Of a stretch of 48,278 nucleotides of DNA, positions 17,641 through 27,490 are shown one piece after another (within the stretch, counting starts at the first letter, position 1; each line of letters opens with the position of its first letter). The position numbers and the translations under genes are program-made. A model generated the notes under the pieces. That model was not told the origin of the DNA. It did not search any database and saw only the letters and a program-made list of their open reading frames with translations. The DNA is from Candidatus Sungiibacteriota bacterium (GTDB taxonomy: Bacteria; Patescibacteriota; Minisyncoccia; Sungbacterales; SURF-37), in NCBI GenBank assembly GCA_016186145.1, contig JACPMF010000007.1:85302-133579 (forward strand), in the 5' to 3' direction.

Positions 17641-18099
17641 TCAAGGGTATGGCTTAATCACAACCCTTCTTCCTTCTCCCTCTCCAATTGATTCGGTGGT
17701 TATGTCCGGGTATTCGGAAAGAACAGTATGGACTGTACGCCGCTCGAACGGAGACATTGGTTTTAAAACAATTTCTTTGCGATACAAACGAACCTTCTTC
17801 GCAACACGCTTTACCTCTTCCTTCAACTCCTCAAGACGGTGGAGACGGTATCCATTGATATCAACCAGAAACTTAACCCCCAACTCCCCGGTTTCTTTTT
17901 CGACAAGCCGTTTAATAAGATATTCAAACGCGAAAAGATTCTCCGCCCTGGAACCAATGAGAAGCCGGCCGTCCGGGGTCACAACATTAAAATAAGAGGA
18001 GACGTCTTCCGGACGTCCGCCCTCCTCGACGGCCGCCTCAATACCCGCCCTCTCTAAAACTTCTGCGATTTTTTTAGCGATAAGTTCCGTATGATTCAC
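17641..18099 (-). CDS. jag: Jag/SpoIIIJ-associated RNA-binding protein (KH + R3H)
   Basis: Sits downstream of yidC. The C-terminus ...RRTVHTVLSEYPDITTESIGEGEGRRVVIKP is R3H-like. Confidence 0.8.
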   Translation of the reverse strand: MNHTELIAKKIAEVLERAGIEAAVEEGGRPEDVSSYFNVVTPDGRLLIGSRAENLFAFEYLIKRLVEKETGELGVKFLVDINGYRLHRLEELKEEVKRVAKKVRLYRKEIVLKPMSPFERRTVHTVLSEYPDITTESIGEGEGRRVVIKPYP

Positions 18100-18173
18100 T
18101 TCGTTGTAGAGCGAGAGCCGCGAGGTGGGCGTTGAGTTAGAAAAGAAGGGCTGGGAACTTGCTAATAGTTCAA

Positions 18174-18932
18174 CTAACCGTTCTGCACCTGATTCTTAAT
18201 CCCTGGCTCTTTAAACTTTTTTCTTAACCAAATTTGCTCCACTATAGCAAGGAGATTCATTATTGTCCAGTAGAGCGGCAAAGCCGCCGGCAACGAGAAT
18301 GACCAGATAGTAATAAGTACCGGAAAAAAATACTTCATCTGCAACGAAAGAATTTTTGAAAGATCCGGCTCATGCGGTTTCGCGCTCCTTAGTGTCAGCG
18401 ATTCCGGCTGCGGAACAAGGCGCGCCTGCAGAAATTGCGACGCGCCCGCGAGAAATCCAATGATGTAGTTTTTTTCGGTCAGGCTCACTATGCCAAACAT
18501 GGTGGCGCTAAAAAATTCCGGTACTGCAACGACGGAGTAAAGCGCGGAAACATCTAGCGGCGAAAGCCCCCGCCAGAATACATTGTAGAGCGCTATAAGA
18601 AGCGGGAGTTGGACAAGAATAGGCAGGCACCCGGAAAACGGATTCACTTTTTCTTGCGCATAAAGCTCCATAAGACGGCGCGCTTGTTCATCTTTCTTCT
18701 CTTTATACTTTTCCTGTATTTCCTTTATCTTCGGGCCAAGTGAGCGCATCGCCGCCTGGCTTTTAAACATCTTGGCTGTGGCCGGGAAAAGCAAGATCCG
18801 CACGAGAACGGTGAGAGAAATAATCGCAAGGCCAAGGTCCGGAAAGGGAAGAAGTGAATATATAAAAATAAGCCCGTTAAAGAGCGGACGGTATAATATT
18901 TCATGGTATGCGCTATAAAGCATCTCGGGCAT
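18174..18932 (-). CDS. yidC: Membrane protein insertase YidC (short form)
   Basis: Five-TM core with ...NPFSGCLPILVQLPLLIALY... in the conserved rnpA-yidD-yidC-jag order. Confidence 0.9.
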   Translation of the reverse strand: MPEMLYSAYHEILYRPLFNGLIFIYSLLPFPDLGLAIISLTVLVRILLFPATAKMFKSQAAMRSLGPKIKEIQEKYKEKKDEQARRLMELYAQEKVNPFSGCLPILVQLPLLIALYNVFWRGLSPLDVSALYSVVAVPEFFSATMFGIVSLTEKNYIIGFLAGASQFLQARLVPQPESLTLRSAKPHEPDLSKILSLQMKYFFPVLITIWSFSLPAALPLYWTIMNLLAIVEQIWLRKKFKEPGIKNQVQNG

Positions 18933-19028
18933 GTTCTAGATACGAATTTCAAAGCTCAAATGATAATAGAATCAGGAATCAAGAATTAAGAATTATGAAT
19001 ACGAAGGGCGGTCTTTATTCCTAATTCA

Positions 19029-19286
19029 TTATTCATGATTCATGATTCGATATTTCCCTTCCACCGGGTCATATCCTCCTCTAGAAAACGGGGTGCAGCG
19101 TATAACTCTGTAAAGCGACAACATGCTCCCTTGTATCAGTCCATATTGACTAACAGCTTGATGTGCGTATTCTGAACAAGAAGGAAAAAAACGACACCTG
19201 CCACCGAAGGATATAAACCAATCGCTGTGGTCGGAAGAAAATGTGCGCTGCCAAATTCGGATGAGTGTTAAAACAATGGTTGTCAT
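19029..19286 (-). CDS. yidD: Membrane protein insertion efficiency factor YidD
   Basis: CRFFPSCSEYAHQAV...RCTPFSRGGYDP is the YidD signature. ATG at 19286 overlaps the rnpA stop (ATGA). Confidence 0.85.
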   Translation of the reverse strand: MTTIVLTLIRIWQRTFSSDHSDWFISFGGRCRFFPSCSEYAHQAVSQYGLIQGSMLSLYRVIRCTPFSRGGYDPVEGKYRIMNHE

Positions 19287-19630
19287 GATATAAGATTTGC
19301 TCTTACAAAAAGTTGCGCGAGAAGACAATAGAAGTTGCTTCTGGTAGCTTCCGTGGACGGCTTTCGGAAAATAACGGCAACATCATGCCCGCCCGCAATG
19401 ACAGATTGATGTTTGCGGACCCATTCAGCGGCACGACGCCGGATCTTGTTCCGTAAAACACTCCTCTTCGCTATCTTTTTGGGCACGATAAAAACAAAAC
19501 GGCTTCCTTTTTCTGTAGACCGCGCGAAGTACCGCATGGTAGCCAACTCATTTGAAACAATCCTGCCGCGGCGGACCGCCGCACCCACCTCAGAAGATGC
19601 CCGCAAACGGTTCACTCGAGGGAGAGCCAT
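19283..19630 (-). CDS. rnpA: RNase P protein component
   Basis: Start MALPRVNRL at 19630. Basic KKIAKRSVLRNKIRRRAAEWVR motif. Sits between rpmH and yidD. Confidence 0.85.
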   Translation of the reverse strand: MALPRVNRLRASSEVGAAVRRGRIVSNELATMRYFARSTEKGSRFVFIVPKKIAKRSVLRNKIRRRAAEWVRKHQSVIAGGHDVAVIFRKPSTEATRSNFYCLLAQLFVRANLIS

Positions 19631-19664
19631 AAGAGTCAAATAACCAATTACCGTTTGCCGGTAA

Positions 19665-19802
19665 TTAAGAAACGGCAAGACGCGCTCTCCTTTTCTTTCT
19701 GCGGCGGGTAAGGACCCTCCGCCCTCCTGCGGTGCGGGATCGCACCAAAAAACCATGGGTGCGCTTCCGTTTTCTTTTTTTGGGCTGATAGGTAACCGAC
19801 AT
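19665..19802 (-). CDS. rpmH: 50S ribosomal protein L34
   Basis: Hand translation gives [45 protein letters not shown]. Below the ORF-track size cutoff. Confidence 0.9.
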   Translation of the reverse strand: MSVTYQPKKRKRKRTHGFLVRSRTAGGRRVLTRRRKKRRARLAVS

Positions 19803-20064
19803 ATTTTAAATACTACCGTAAACAGTGAACGATGAACAGGGAACAAGACCTACCAACACGCAGTAGTCCACCGCCTCCTTTTTTCGTTTACTGATTCTCG
19901 CAATTAACAACATATAAACAGTTTGTTCAGAAAAGGAAGGTTTTCTTATTGTGGTTTGTTTAACGATAGTATTGGTATACTTGATAACAGAGCGTCAAGA
20001 CTGACGACGGAGAAATAATTACAAGTCTTGGTTCTAAAATAAATCCATATAAACAGGAGGCACT

Positions 20065-21435
20065 ATGGATTACCGCGAACTTTGGAAAGCAGCGCTTGGG
20101 GAAATAGAACTTGCGATCCCAAGACCGAGTTTTATTACATGGTTCAAAGAAACGGCTGTTTTTGAGATTTCTGATGGAATCGTAACAATATCGGTCCCAA
20201 ACGGTTTTGCAAAGGAGTGGTTGCAATCGAAATACAACAAATTCATTATCCGTGCCTTGAGAAATGTGGCGGACGATAGTGTCCGAGATGTTGCTTTTGT
20301 GGTTGGAAGGGCCTCGGTAGACGGAACCGGTGTAAAAACCAAGGAGCGTCAGAAAGTAAGGCTTATCCCAACCGTAAGCGATGAAATGCAGCTAAAAGAT
20401 CTGCATATTGACCCGGAAACCGGCCTTAACCCGCGCTATACATTTGAAAACTTTATCGTCGGGTCTTTCAACGAACTCGCGCATGGTGCTGCGCGCGCCG
20501 TTGTCCAAAACCTCGGTTCGGCCTATAACCCCCTTTTTATCTTCGGGGGTGTTGGTTTGGGAAAAACCCACCTCATACAGGCAATAGGAAACGAGATTGC
20601 CGGGAGCCACGGCGCAAAAGTCAGATATGTTACATCCGAAAAATATATGGGGGAGATCGTCGAGGCGCTTTCAAACCAGACAATCAATCAGCTGAAGGAA
20701 CGCTACCGGAAAGTCGACCTTCTCATTATGGACGACATCCAATTCATCGCAAGAACAGAGAAAATGCAGGAAGAATTCTTCCATACATTCAACGTCCTAT
20801 ACCAGCAAAATAAACAAATTGTAATATCCTCCGACCGTCCGCCGTCCGCAATCCCGACGTTAGAGAACCGCCTCCGCTCGCGTTTTGAAGGAGGGTGTCT
20901 TATTGACGTTGGGGAGCCGGATCTTGAAACACGCCTGACCATACTAAAAGCAAAAGCCGGTGAAAAAGGGATTGCCCTTCCGGAAGACGTATTTCTTCAC
21001 ATTGCGTCGGTCATCAAAAATAACATCCGGGAGCTTGAAGGGGCCCTTACCCGTCTCGCGCTCAGCGCCCGGACATCTTCCGCAACACCAACCCTCGAAG
21101 AGACAAAGAAAATACTCGAACAAGTAGCCCAAGCGCCAAAAAAATTCACTTCTCCTAAAAAAGTAATCAAGGTTGTCGCCGACTTCTACGAGATCATGGA
21201 AAAAGATCTCGTCAACCCAAGTAGAAGAAAAGAAATCGTGAAACCGCGCCAAATTGCGATGTATATTCTCCGTGAGGAGCTAAAGTGCTCATACCCTTTC
21301 ATTGGTGAAAAACTCGGAAAAAAAGACCACACGACAGCAATCCACGCGTGCAAAAAAATAGACGGGGAACTAAAAACAGACCTCGATTTACAAAACTCGA
21401 TAAAACTAATCAAAGAAAAAATCTACTCCGTCTAA
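20065..21435 (+). CDS. dnaA: Chromosomal replication initiator DnaA
   Basis: AGGAGG SD. Walker A is GGVGLGKTHL, with AAA+ domain III and a C-terminal DNA-binding helix (...KDHTTAIHACKKI). Confidence 0.95.
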   Translation: MDYRELWKAALGEIELAIPRPSFITWFKETAVFEISDGIVTISVPNGFAKEWLQSKYNKFIIRALRNVADDSVRDVAFVVGRASVDGTGVKTKERQKVRLIPTVSDEMQLKDLHIDPETGLNPRYTFENFIVGSFNELAHGAARAVVQNLGSAYNPLFIFGGVGLGKTHLIQAIGNEIAGSHGAKVRYVTSEKYMGEIVEALSNQTINQLKERYRKVDLLIMDDIQFIARTEKMQEEFFHTFNVLYQQNKQIVISSDRPPSAIPTLENRLRSRFEGGCLIDVGEPDLETRLTILKAKAGEKGIALPEDVFLHIASVIKNNIRELEGALTRLALSARTSSATPTLEETKKILEQVAQAPKKFTSPKKVIKVVADFYEIMEKDLVNPSRRKEIVKPRQIAMYILREELKCSYPFIGEKLGKKDHTTAIHACKKIDGELKTDLDLQNSIKLIKEKIYSV

Positions 21436-21697
21436 CAAGCTGTTCAATAAGGTGTGGGCGTACTTGTGTGTTTCTTTGTTAATAACTAGATGCGTATCGT
21501 GTTGAAAAAAAATGCTTTTTTTGTTTTTTAAAAAGATATGTTTTTTGTCCGCGCTATTTCCCAAGAATCTCCACATCTTTTCCATAAAGAGAAAATAAAA
21601 AATATTTCCTTAAAGCGCCGTACTACAACGTTATCCACCAGTTTTTCTTTCTAATAACAATAATAAATTTAAATTAAATATATTATTATAGTTACCT
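21436..21697. promoter_or_regulatory. Candidate oriC/DUE region between dnaA and dnaN
   Basis: TTATCCACC at 21631-21639, TCTCCACAT-like box near 21570, and a very AT-rich run at 21650-21690. Confidence 0.45.
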
Positions 21698-22795
21698 ATG
21701 AAAATAATCTGTACGAGAAACAACCTTCGCAATACCTTCCAGCTCGTAGAGCGTTTTACCGGAAAGAGCCTTACCCTTCCTATTCTTGGTAGTATATTTT
21801 TTGAGGCCGACGAGAAAAAAATACGGTGCGTGGCGACAAACCTTGAGGTTGGTATTGAGGTTGTTATGCCCGGGAAGGTTATCAGAGGCGGATCCGTTGC
21901 CATACCCGGAAGAATCGCGAACACTCTTGTTCAGTCCTTGGACGAGGAGAATGTTTTATTAGAAGAAAAAGACGGAGCGATCACTATAAAAACGGACTCT
22001 TCAAGTTTTACTCTTCAGGGGTTGTCTCCAAAGGATTTCCCGCCGCTTCCAAAGATCAAAAGGGAGCACGAATTCAGTATTCCAGCTAACATTCTTAAGA
22101 AAGGGCTTGTCCAGGTTCTTCCCGCCGTGTCTGTTTCTGACTTTAAGCCGGAGCTTTCTGGGGTTTATTTGAAGCGTGATGCGCGGGCGGTTACACTCGC
22201 CGCCACCGACTCTTTTCGTCTTGCTGAAAAACTTTTTCAGTTGCAAACACCCGGCGATGCTGTTTCTTGCATAATCCCTTGGAAGACATGCCAGGAGTTA
22301 TCAAGGATACTTCCGGAGGACGGAGAGGAATATGTTACCGTTCGCCAAGGAGAGAACCAGGTTATGTTTGATTTTTCAGAGGTTCATATGGTGTCGCGTC
22401 TTATCGACGGAACATACCCTGACTATGTGTCGATCATCCCTAAAGATTTTTCTTCTCATCTCGCTGTTCCGAGGGAAGATCTTGTAAAAAGGGTGAGAGC
22501 GGCAAGCGTTCTCTCGTCGAAACTGAACGATATCGTGTTGAGCTCGTCCGAGGACGAGGTGTTTATTGAAACCGCGAACTCTGAGTTAGGAAAGAGCCGT
22601 ATTCGGCTTTTGACCAAGGGAAGAGGAAAGGAAACAAAAGTTTCGTTCAACTTTCGTTACCTTTCAGACGGGCTTGAGGCAATAGACGGGGAAGAAGCGC
22701 TTATTTCGTTGAATGGCGACTCGTCACCGGCGCTCGTTTCCAGTTCCCAGGACCAGTCCTTCAGGTATATCCTTATGCCGATCCGGAGCGTCTGA
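21698..22795 (+). CDS. dnaN: DNA polymerase III beta sliding clamp
   Basis: 365 aa, immediately after dnaA, with a three-domain clamp-like pattern (...RLIDGTYPDY...). Confidence 0.9.
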   Translation: MKIICTRNNLRNTFQLVERFTGKSLTLPILGSIFFEADEKKIRCVATNLEVGIEVVMPGKVIRGGSVAIPGRIANTLVQSLDEENVLLEEKDGAITIKTDSSSFTLQGLSPKDFPPLPKIKREHEFSIPANILKKGLVQVLPAVSVSDFKPELSGVYLKRDARAVTLAATDSFRLAEKLFQLQTPGDAVSCIIPWKTCQELSRILPEDGEEYVTVRQGENQVMFDFSEVHMVSRLIDGTYPDYVSIIPKDFSSHLAVPREDLVKRVRAASVLSSKLNDIVLSSSEDEVFIETANSELGKSRIRLLTKGRGKETKVSFNFRYLSDGLEAIDGEEALISLNGDSSPALVSSSQDQSFRYILMPIRSV

Positions 22796-22825
22796 TTTTT
22801 GTTGTTGGTTGTTTGTCGGCGGTTG

Positions 22826-25354
22826 TTAATTTGGTGCGGCCGGTTGGTTAAATGGAATAACCGTCTCGCCGACGTTACCTACATTGTCGTATGCTTTAAC
22901 AACAATATTTGGCAGTACCTCGCCAAGCGCCGTTTTTTCTACCGTGAAAGATACGATGCCGGAGGTATCCGGCTTTGTTGAGGCAAGAAGAGAGTCAAGA
23001 ATAATTGCGTTGACTTCTTTTATCGGATAGTTTCCGGAAACAGAAAGAGTAAAACGGTATTGTTCTCCTTCGTCAGCAAGGCCGGCAAGCTGTATTTTGG
23101 GTTTGTTTTTTTCGGTGTGAATGTCGTCATATTCTGTTGGGGCCTGTATCGCAGGGCGCGCTACGAAGCCAGACGTCTTCAACCATTGTTGAAACGAGCG
23201 TTCCCAGTTTACAAGTTGCGGGTCTTGCATTGGGTTTCCCGGTGGCGTACCAAGCGGGTCGTTTCGGTCAATCCAAAAAAGCGGGTCGTGCGGCTCTCCG
23301 TACGCAACCTCGACGATCGTATCTTCCGGGGTAAGGGCGGTCGCGAGTTTTCCTGAAATGCGGTCGATGCGAAACACTGCCCCGCCCTGCCAAAGGCCGT
23401 TTATGACCGGTTTTGGCGATTTTTTGTAGTCGGGCTTTGTAAAAAACTCCGGGAGCGTATCTTTGAGCGCAAACCGCATGAATTTGTTCCACATGGGTGC
23501 TGCAGCAAGAACGCCGGATCCTTTTTGTTGGATGGACTCCGGGTAGTTATTTCCTGCCCATACGCCGACTACGAGGGACGGTGTGTAGCCCACTGTCCAT
23601 GCGTCTCGGTATTCCTGCGTCGTTCCGGTTTTTGCGGCGGCTTGCCGGTCGGGAAGCCAGAGCGATCCCCGTGGTTGGAATATCCCAACTCGTGCGTCGT
23701 CGTCGGAAAGAACGTCATTTACGATTCGCGCGGCCTCGGTGTCGAAAACTTGCCGCGGCTCGGTTTTTGTCTCTTCTAAAACACGTCCTTCCGCCTCAAC
23801 CTTGAGGATTGCGCGGTGTGGGGCAAGAAGGCCATCGGTTGCGAGCGCTCCATATGCCGATGTCATTTCAAGGAGTCGTACCTCCGCCCCGCCTAAAACC
23901 AACGAAAGTCCGAATCGTGAGCGGTCTTTTAGGGTGGTAATTCCGGCCTGTTCGGCGTTTTGAATAGAGCCTTCGATGCCTGCAAGATACAATGTTTTAA
24001 CTGATGGAACGTTTAGTGACTGGGCAAGGGCCTTGCGGAGTGTTACCGGACCACGGAATGTTTCATCGTAGTTTCCCGGGTGGTAACAGTCTTCTGTTTT
24101 CACGCGCGGATCTTGTGGTCCACCGTCTAAGGAACAGAGCGGATTGAATTCGGTGGGAATGTCGAAAAGCATGGTTTCCGGTGTGTACCCCTTTTTGAAC
24201 GCGGTTAGGTAGATAAACGGCTTGAACGCAGAACCCGGCTGGCGAAGGCTTGTTGCGACATTGACCTTCGGATCAAAAAAACAATTAATCCCGGGAGCGC
24301 AGCCGGCGGGGAGCGGTTCTGCCTGGTACCAGTCGCGAGAGCCGACCATTACGAGGATGTCCCCGGTTTTGGGGTCTACTGCAGTGAGCGCCGCGTTGTA
24401 TGCCTTGATCGCCTTCTCATTGAATTCCGCTCCTTCCTTTATAATTTTTTCCGCTTCTTCTTGCAGCCGCCAATCAAGCGTCGTGCGAATCACGAGCCCG
24501 CCCTCCTCAAGCGCCTCTTCCCCGTACTTCTCAGCCAAAAGTTCTTTCACGTACATTACGAAGTGAGGGGCGCGAATACCCGTAGCACCGACCCGGATGT
24601 TTATTTTTTCCTTCTTTGCTTCTTCGGCCGCGTTCTCGGTGAGGTAGCCAAACTCGGCCATTTTAGCAAGGGCCCCGTTTTTACGCTCCATGAGCTCGTT
24701 GGTGTGGTTTAAATAGTATGTTGGGGCCTTCGGGAGTGCGGCGAGGGTGGCGGCTTGGGCAATGCTGAGATTTGGCGTTGAGGTGCCGAAATACGTTTGG
24801 CTTGCCGCTTCAATGCCATATGCGTTTGATCCGTACGGAATCTGGTTCAAATAAAGGTGGAGAATCTCATTTTTTGAGTAGCGTGATTCAAGAAGGATGG
24901 CAAGAAGCGCTTCTTTTATTTTTCTCTGTATCGTTCGCTCGCGGCCGAGTATGGAGTTTTTGATAAGCTGTTGCGTTATGGTTGAACCGCCCTGCCGGAA
25001 GTTTCTGGAAAATATGTCGACAACGAAGGCGCGGGTAATACCGCGGAAATCGATGCCCCCGTGTTTATAAAAACCGGAGTCTTCAAGGACGATCGTTGCG
25101 TTTTTTACCGCTGGCGGTATCGATTCGAAGGGTATTATCGTTCGTTTTTCTTCTCCATGAATTTCGTAAAGGAGTACTTCCCCGGTTCTGTCGTAGATCC
25201 TTGTTGATTCCGCAACCTTCCGTTCCTCAAATTTTGCGGGATTGGGCAGGTCGCGGAGGAGTAATGCGAGCGCAATAGCTCCAAAGACCGTGCCGACGGC
25301 AAGGAGGGAAAGGAAAAGGACGGCTGTTCGGCGGGCAAAATTTTTCTTGCGCAT
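22826..25354 (-). CDS. Bifunctional class A penicillin-binding protein (transglycosylase/transpeptidase) with C-terminal extension
   Basis: ATG at 25354 (MRKKNF..., then a TM segment). GT51 motifs EDSGFYKHGGID and GGSTITQQL. Transpeptidase motifs SAFKP and KTGTT. Confidence 0.9.
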   Translation of the reverse strand: MRKKNFARRTAVLFLSLLAVGTVFGAIALALLLRDLPNPAKFEERKVAESTRIYDRTGEVLLYEIHGEEKRTIIPFESIPPAVKNATIVLEDSGFYKHGGIDFRGITRAFVVDIFSRNFRQGGSTITQQLIKNSILGRERTIQRKIKEALLAILLESRYSKNEILHLYLNQIPYGSNAYGIEAASQTYFGTSTPNLSIAQAATLAALPKAPTYYLNHTNELMERKNGALAKMAEFGYLTENAAEEAKKEKINIRVGATGIRAPHFVMYVKELLAEKYGEEALEEGGLVIRTTLDWRLQEEAEKIIKEGAEFNEKAIKAYNAALTAVDPKTGDILVMVGSRDWYQAEPLPAGCAPGINCFFDPKVNVATSLRQPGSAFKPFIYLTAFKKGYTPETMLFDIPTEFNPLCSLDGGPQDPRVKTEDCYHPGNYDETFRGPVTLRKALAQSLNVPSVKTLYLAGIEGSIQNAEQAGITTLKDRSRFGLSLVLGGAEVRLLEMTSAYGALATDGLLAPHRAILKVEAEGRVLEETKTEPRQVFDTEAARIVNDVLSDDDARVGIFQPRGSLWLPDRQAAAKTGTTQEYRDAWTVGYTPSLVVGVWAGNNYPESIQQKGSGVLAAAPMWNKFMRFALKDTLPEFFTKPDYKKSPKPVINGLWQGGAVFRIDRISGKLATALTPEDTIVEVAYGEPHDPLFWIDRNDPLGTPPGNPMQDPQLVNWERSFQQWLKTSGFVARPAIQAPTEYDDIHTEKNKPKIQLAGLADEGEQYRFTLSVSGNYPIKEVNAIILDSLLASTKPDTSGIVSFTVEKTALGEVLPNIVVKAYDNVGNVGETVIPFNQPAAPN

Positions 25355-25422
25355 GCTCGAAATATACTGGTTTATTGCGGAATCTGCAACGGAGAGTTGC
25401 GAAAAAGCAGTAGCACCGTACA

Positions 25423-26631
25423 ATGAAAAACATGGAATCGAAAGTTGATAAAAAAGCGGCTGGCCGGATACTGACGGAGCGGGTCGAGGATGTTATTGAG
25501 CGCGAATCGCTTCAGAAGAAGCTCTTTTCCGGGAAAAGGCTCGTGGTAAAACTTGGAGCAGACCCATCCCGTCCTGACTTACATTTGGGTCATGCGTTGG
25601 TGCTCCGGAAGTTGAGAGAGTTTCAAGATCTCGGCCATAGGGCGGTTTTTATCATTGGTGATTTTACCGCAATGATCGGCGACCCTTCAGGAAAGGCCGA
25701 TAGCCGCGAGCCGCTGACCCGTGAAGAAGCGCGCGCAAACGCGGAGACTTATTTTGATCAGGTCGGGAAGATTGTTGATCTGGAAAAAGCGGAGGTCCGC
25801 TATAACAGCGAGTGGTTTTCAAAAATGGACCTTGCCGCGTTTTTGCCGATTGCGGCGAATTTTTCATTGCGGCGGATAATGGATCGCGAGGATTTTCAAA
25901 AAAGAATCAGGGCTGGCGGGGAGGTTGGTCTCCACGAGGGGTTTTATCAGGTATTTCAGGCGTATGATTCAGTCGTGGTGAAAGCCGACGTGGAGCTTGG
26001 CGGTCGGGATCAGCTGGTAAATATGCTTGCCGGGCGCGAGCTCCAAAAGAAAGTCGGCCAGCCGCCACAGGATATAGTTATCGCGCCGCTTTTGGTTGGT
26101 CTTGACGGAAAACAGAAGATGTCAAAATCTCTCAAGAATTATATCGCTCTTACTGACAACCCGCGTGAAATGTTTGGGAAAGTTATGTCTGTTCCAGACT
26201 CGTTGATTTTCCAATACGCCGAACTTGCCGCTTTTTTTGATGAGAAAGGGCTCAAAGAGGCCGCATCACTTGTTAAGAAGGCGCCCTTAGCGGCAAAGCA
26301 AGATGTCGCTAGTCGTATTGTTGGGCTTTACTGGGGAGAAGGCGCGGCAACAGAGGCGAGGCGTGCGTTCGAAGCGCGATTTAGCCGGCATGGGAAAGGG
26401 GGCGGCGCCTATGAAGAAAGGACGGGTTTCAGCGGGTTTTCAAATTTAAACGACGTAGTTTTGCTTCTCGGCGGCGCGCGTTCCAACTCTGAAGCGCGGC
26501 GGCTTATTTCGGGGGGGGCTGTTGAAGTTGACGGAGTTGTTATAAAAGACCCTAAAAACCGTATCGACTTTTCGAAGGCACATCGTTTCCGAATCGGCAA
26601 AAAAGGGTTCTTTAAAACCGTGCCGCAATAA
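25423..26631 (+). CDS. tyrS: Tyrosyl-tRNA synthetase
   Basis: HLGH (HIGH) and KMSKS motifs, with a C-terminal S4-like domain (EARRLISGGAVEVDG). Confidence 0.85.
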   Translation: MKNMESKVDKKAAGRILTERVEDVIERESLQKKLFSGKRLVVKLGADPSRPDLHLGHALVLRKLREFQDLGHRAVFIIGDFTAMIGDPSGKADSREPLTREEARANAETYFDQVGKIVDLEKAEVRYNSEWFSKMDLAAFLPIAANFSLRRIMDREDFQKRIRAGGEVGLHEGFYQVFQAYDSVVVKADVELGGRDQLVNMLAGRELQKKVGQPPQDIVIAPLLVGLDGKQKMSKSLKNYIALTDNPREMFGKVMSVPDSLIFQYAELAAFFDEKGLKEAASLVKKAPLAAKQDVASRIVGLYWGEGAATEARRAFEARFSRHGKGGGAYEERTGFSGFSNLNDVVLLLGGARSNSEARRLISGGAVEVDGVVIKDPKNRIDFSKAHRFRIGKKGFFKTVPQ

Positions 26632-26635
26632 AACA

Positions 26636-26660
26636 CCCCGGCGTGCCGGGGCGTTTTATT
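26636..26660. terminator. GC hairpin + T-run between convergent tyrS and the acidic ORF
   Basis: CCCCGG-CGTG-CCGGGG followed by CGTTTTATT. Confidence 0.7.
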
Positions 26661-26895
26661 ATTCTTCGTTGCCGTCCTCTCCTCCCGCTTCGCCGTCGTC
26701 TTCTTTCTCGTCTTCGTCCTCGTCTTCGTATGAGTCGTCGTCGTAGTATTCGTCGTCTTCTTCGTCGTCCTGGTTTATGACAAAAATCGGACTGACTCGC
26801 TCAAAAGTATCTAACATACGCGTTATGAACGTATTTTTCGATATTTTGCTTTTTGTTGTTAGTCGACCTTTTTCTTGAAAAGAAACGAGAATCAA
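26659..26895 (-). CDS. Small protein with extremely acidic C-terminal half
   Basis: 78-aa ORF downstream of ruvC with a TTG start and weak SD. C-terminus is DDEEDDEYYDDDSYEDEDEDEKEDDGEAGGEDGNEE. Confidence 0.4.
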   Translation of the reverse strand: MILVSFQEKGRLTTKSKISKNTFITRMLDTFERVSPIFVINQDDEEDDEYYDDDSYEDEDEDEKEDDGEAGGEDGNEE

Positions 26896-26908
26896 CTTTC
26901 TCGATTTC

Positions 26909-27391
26909 TTACTTTCCGTCTTTGTTTGCCTGCAGGGCCGTGAGGGCTATCGCAATTGCGTCAGTGATGTCATCAAGCGCAGGAAGGGCTGCCTGTTTGA
27001 GAATCAGGCGAGCCATGTCTTTAACCTGACGTTTGTCGGCTTTTCCATATCCGGTGACAGCCATTTTTACCTCACCCGGCGTATACTCGCATACCTTAAT
27101 GGAACGTTCTGCGGCCGTCAAGAGAAATACCCCCCGCGCTTCGGCGACCGCGAGCGCTGTTCTTATATTCTTCGAAAAGAAAATTTTTTCAAGCGCGATA
27201 ATGTTAGGGCTGTGGATATCTAACAGTTGAAGAAGGTGTTTCCTCACGGATTTGAGACGTTCTCCTTGTTCCCGCGCCTCCGGCTGTATTGACCCCGCGT
27301 CTATGAGGATTGGGTCGCCGGTTCGTTCGTTTTTTGCAACCACCGCATACCCGACGATGGCGGTTCCGGGATCAATGCCAAGGATAGTCAT
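26909..27391 (-). CDS. ruvC: Holliday junction resolvase RuvC
   Basis: MTILGIDPGTAIVGYAVV..., 160 aa, RuvC catalytic Asp/Glu pattern. Confidence 0.9.
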   Translation of the reverse strand: MTILGIDPGTAIVGYAVVAKNERTGDPILIDAGSIQPEAREQGERLKSVRKHLLQLLDIHSPNIIALEKIFFSKNIRTALAVAEARGVFLLTAAERSIKVCEYTPGEVKMAVTGYGKADKRQVKDMARLILKQAALPALDDITDAIAIALTALQANKDGK

Positions 27392-27490
27392 ATCATATAT
27401 TAAGTGTTAAATCCGAATTAGGAATCAGGAATTAAGAATCGTGGAGATGAATGATACAAAAAGAGGTTTTTGTTCCCGGTTCATAGTTCG

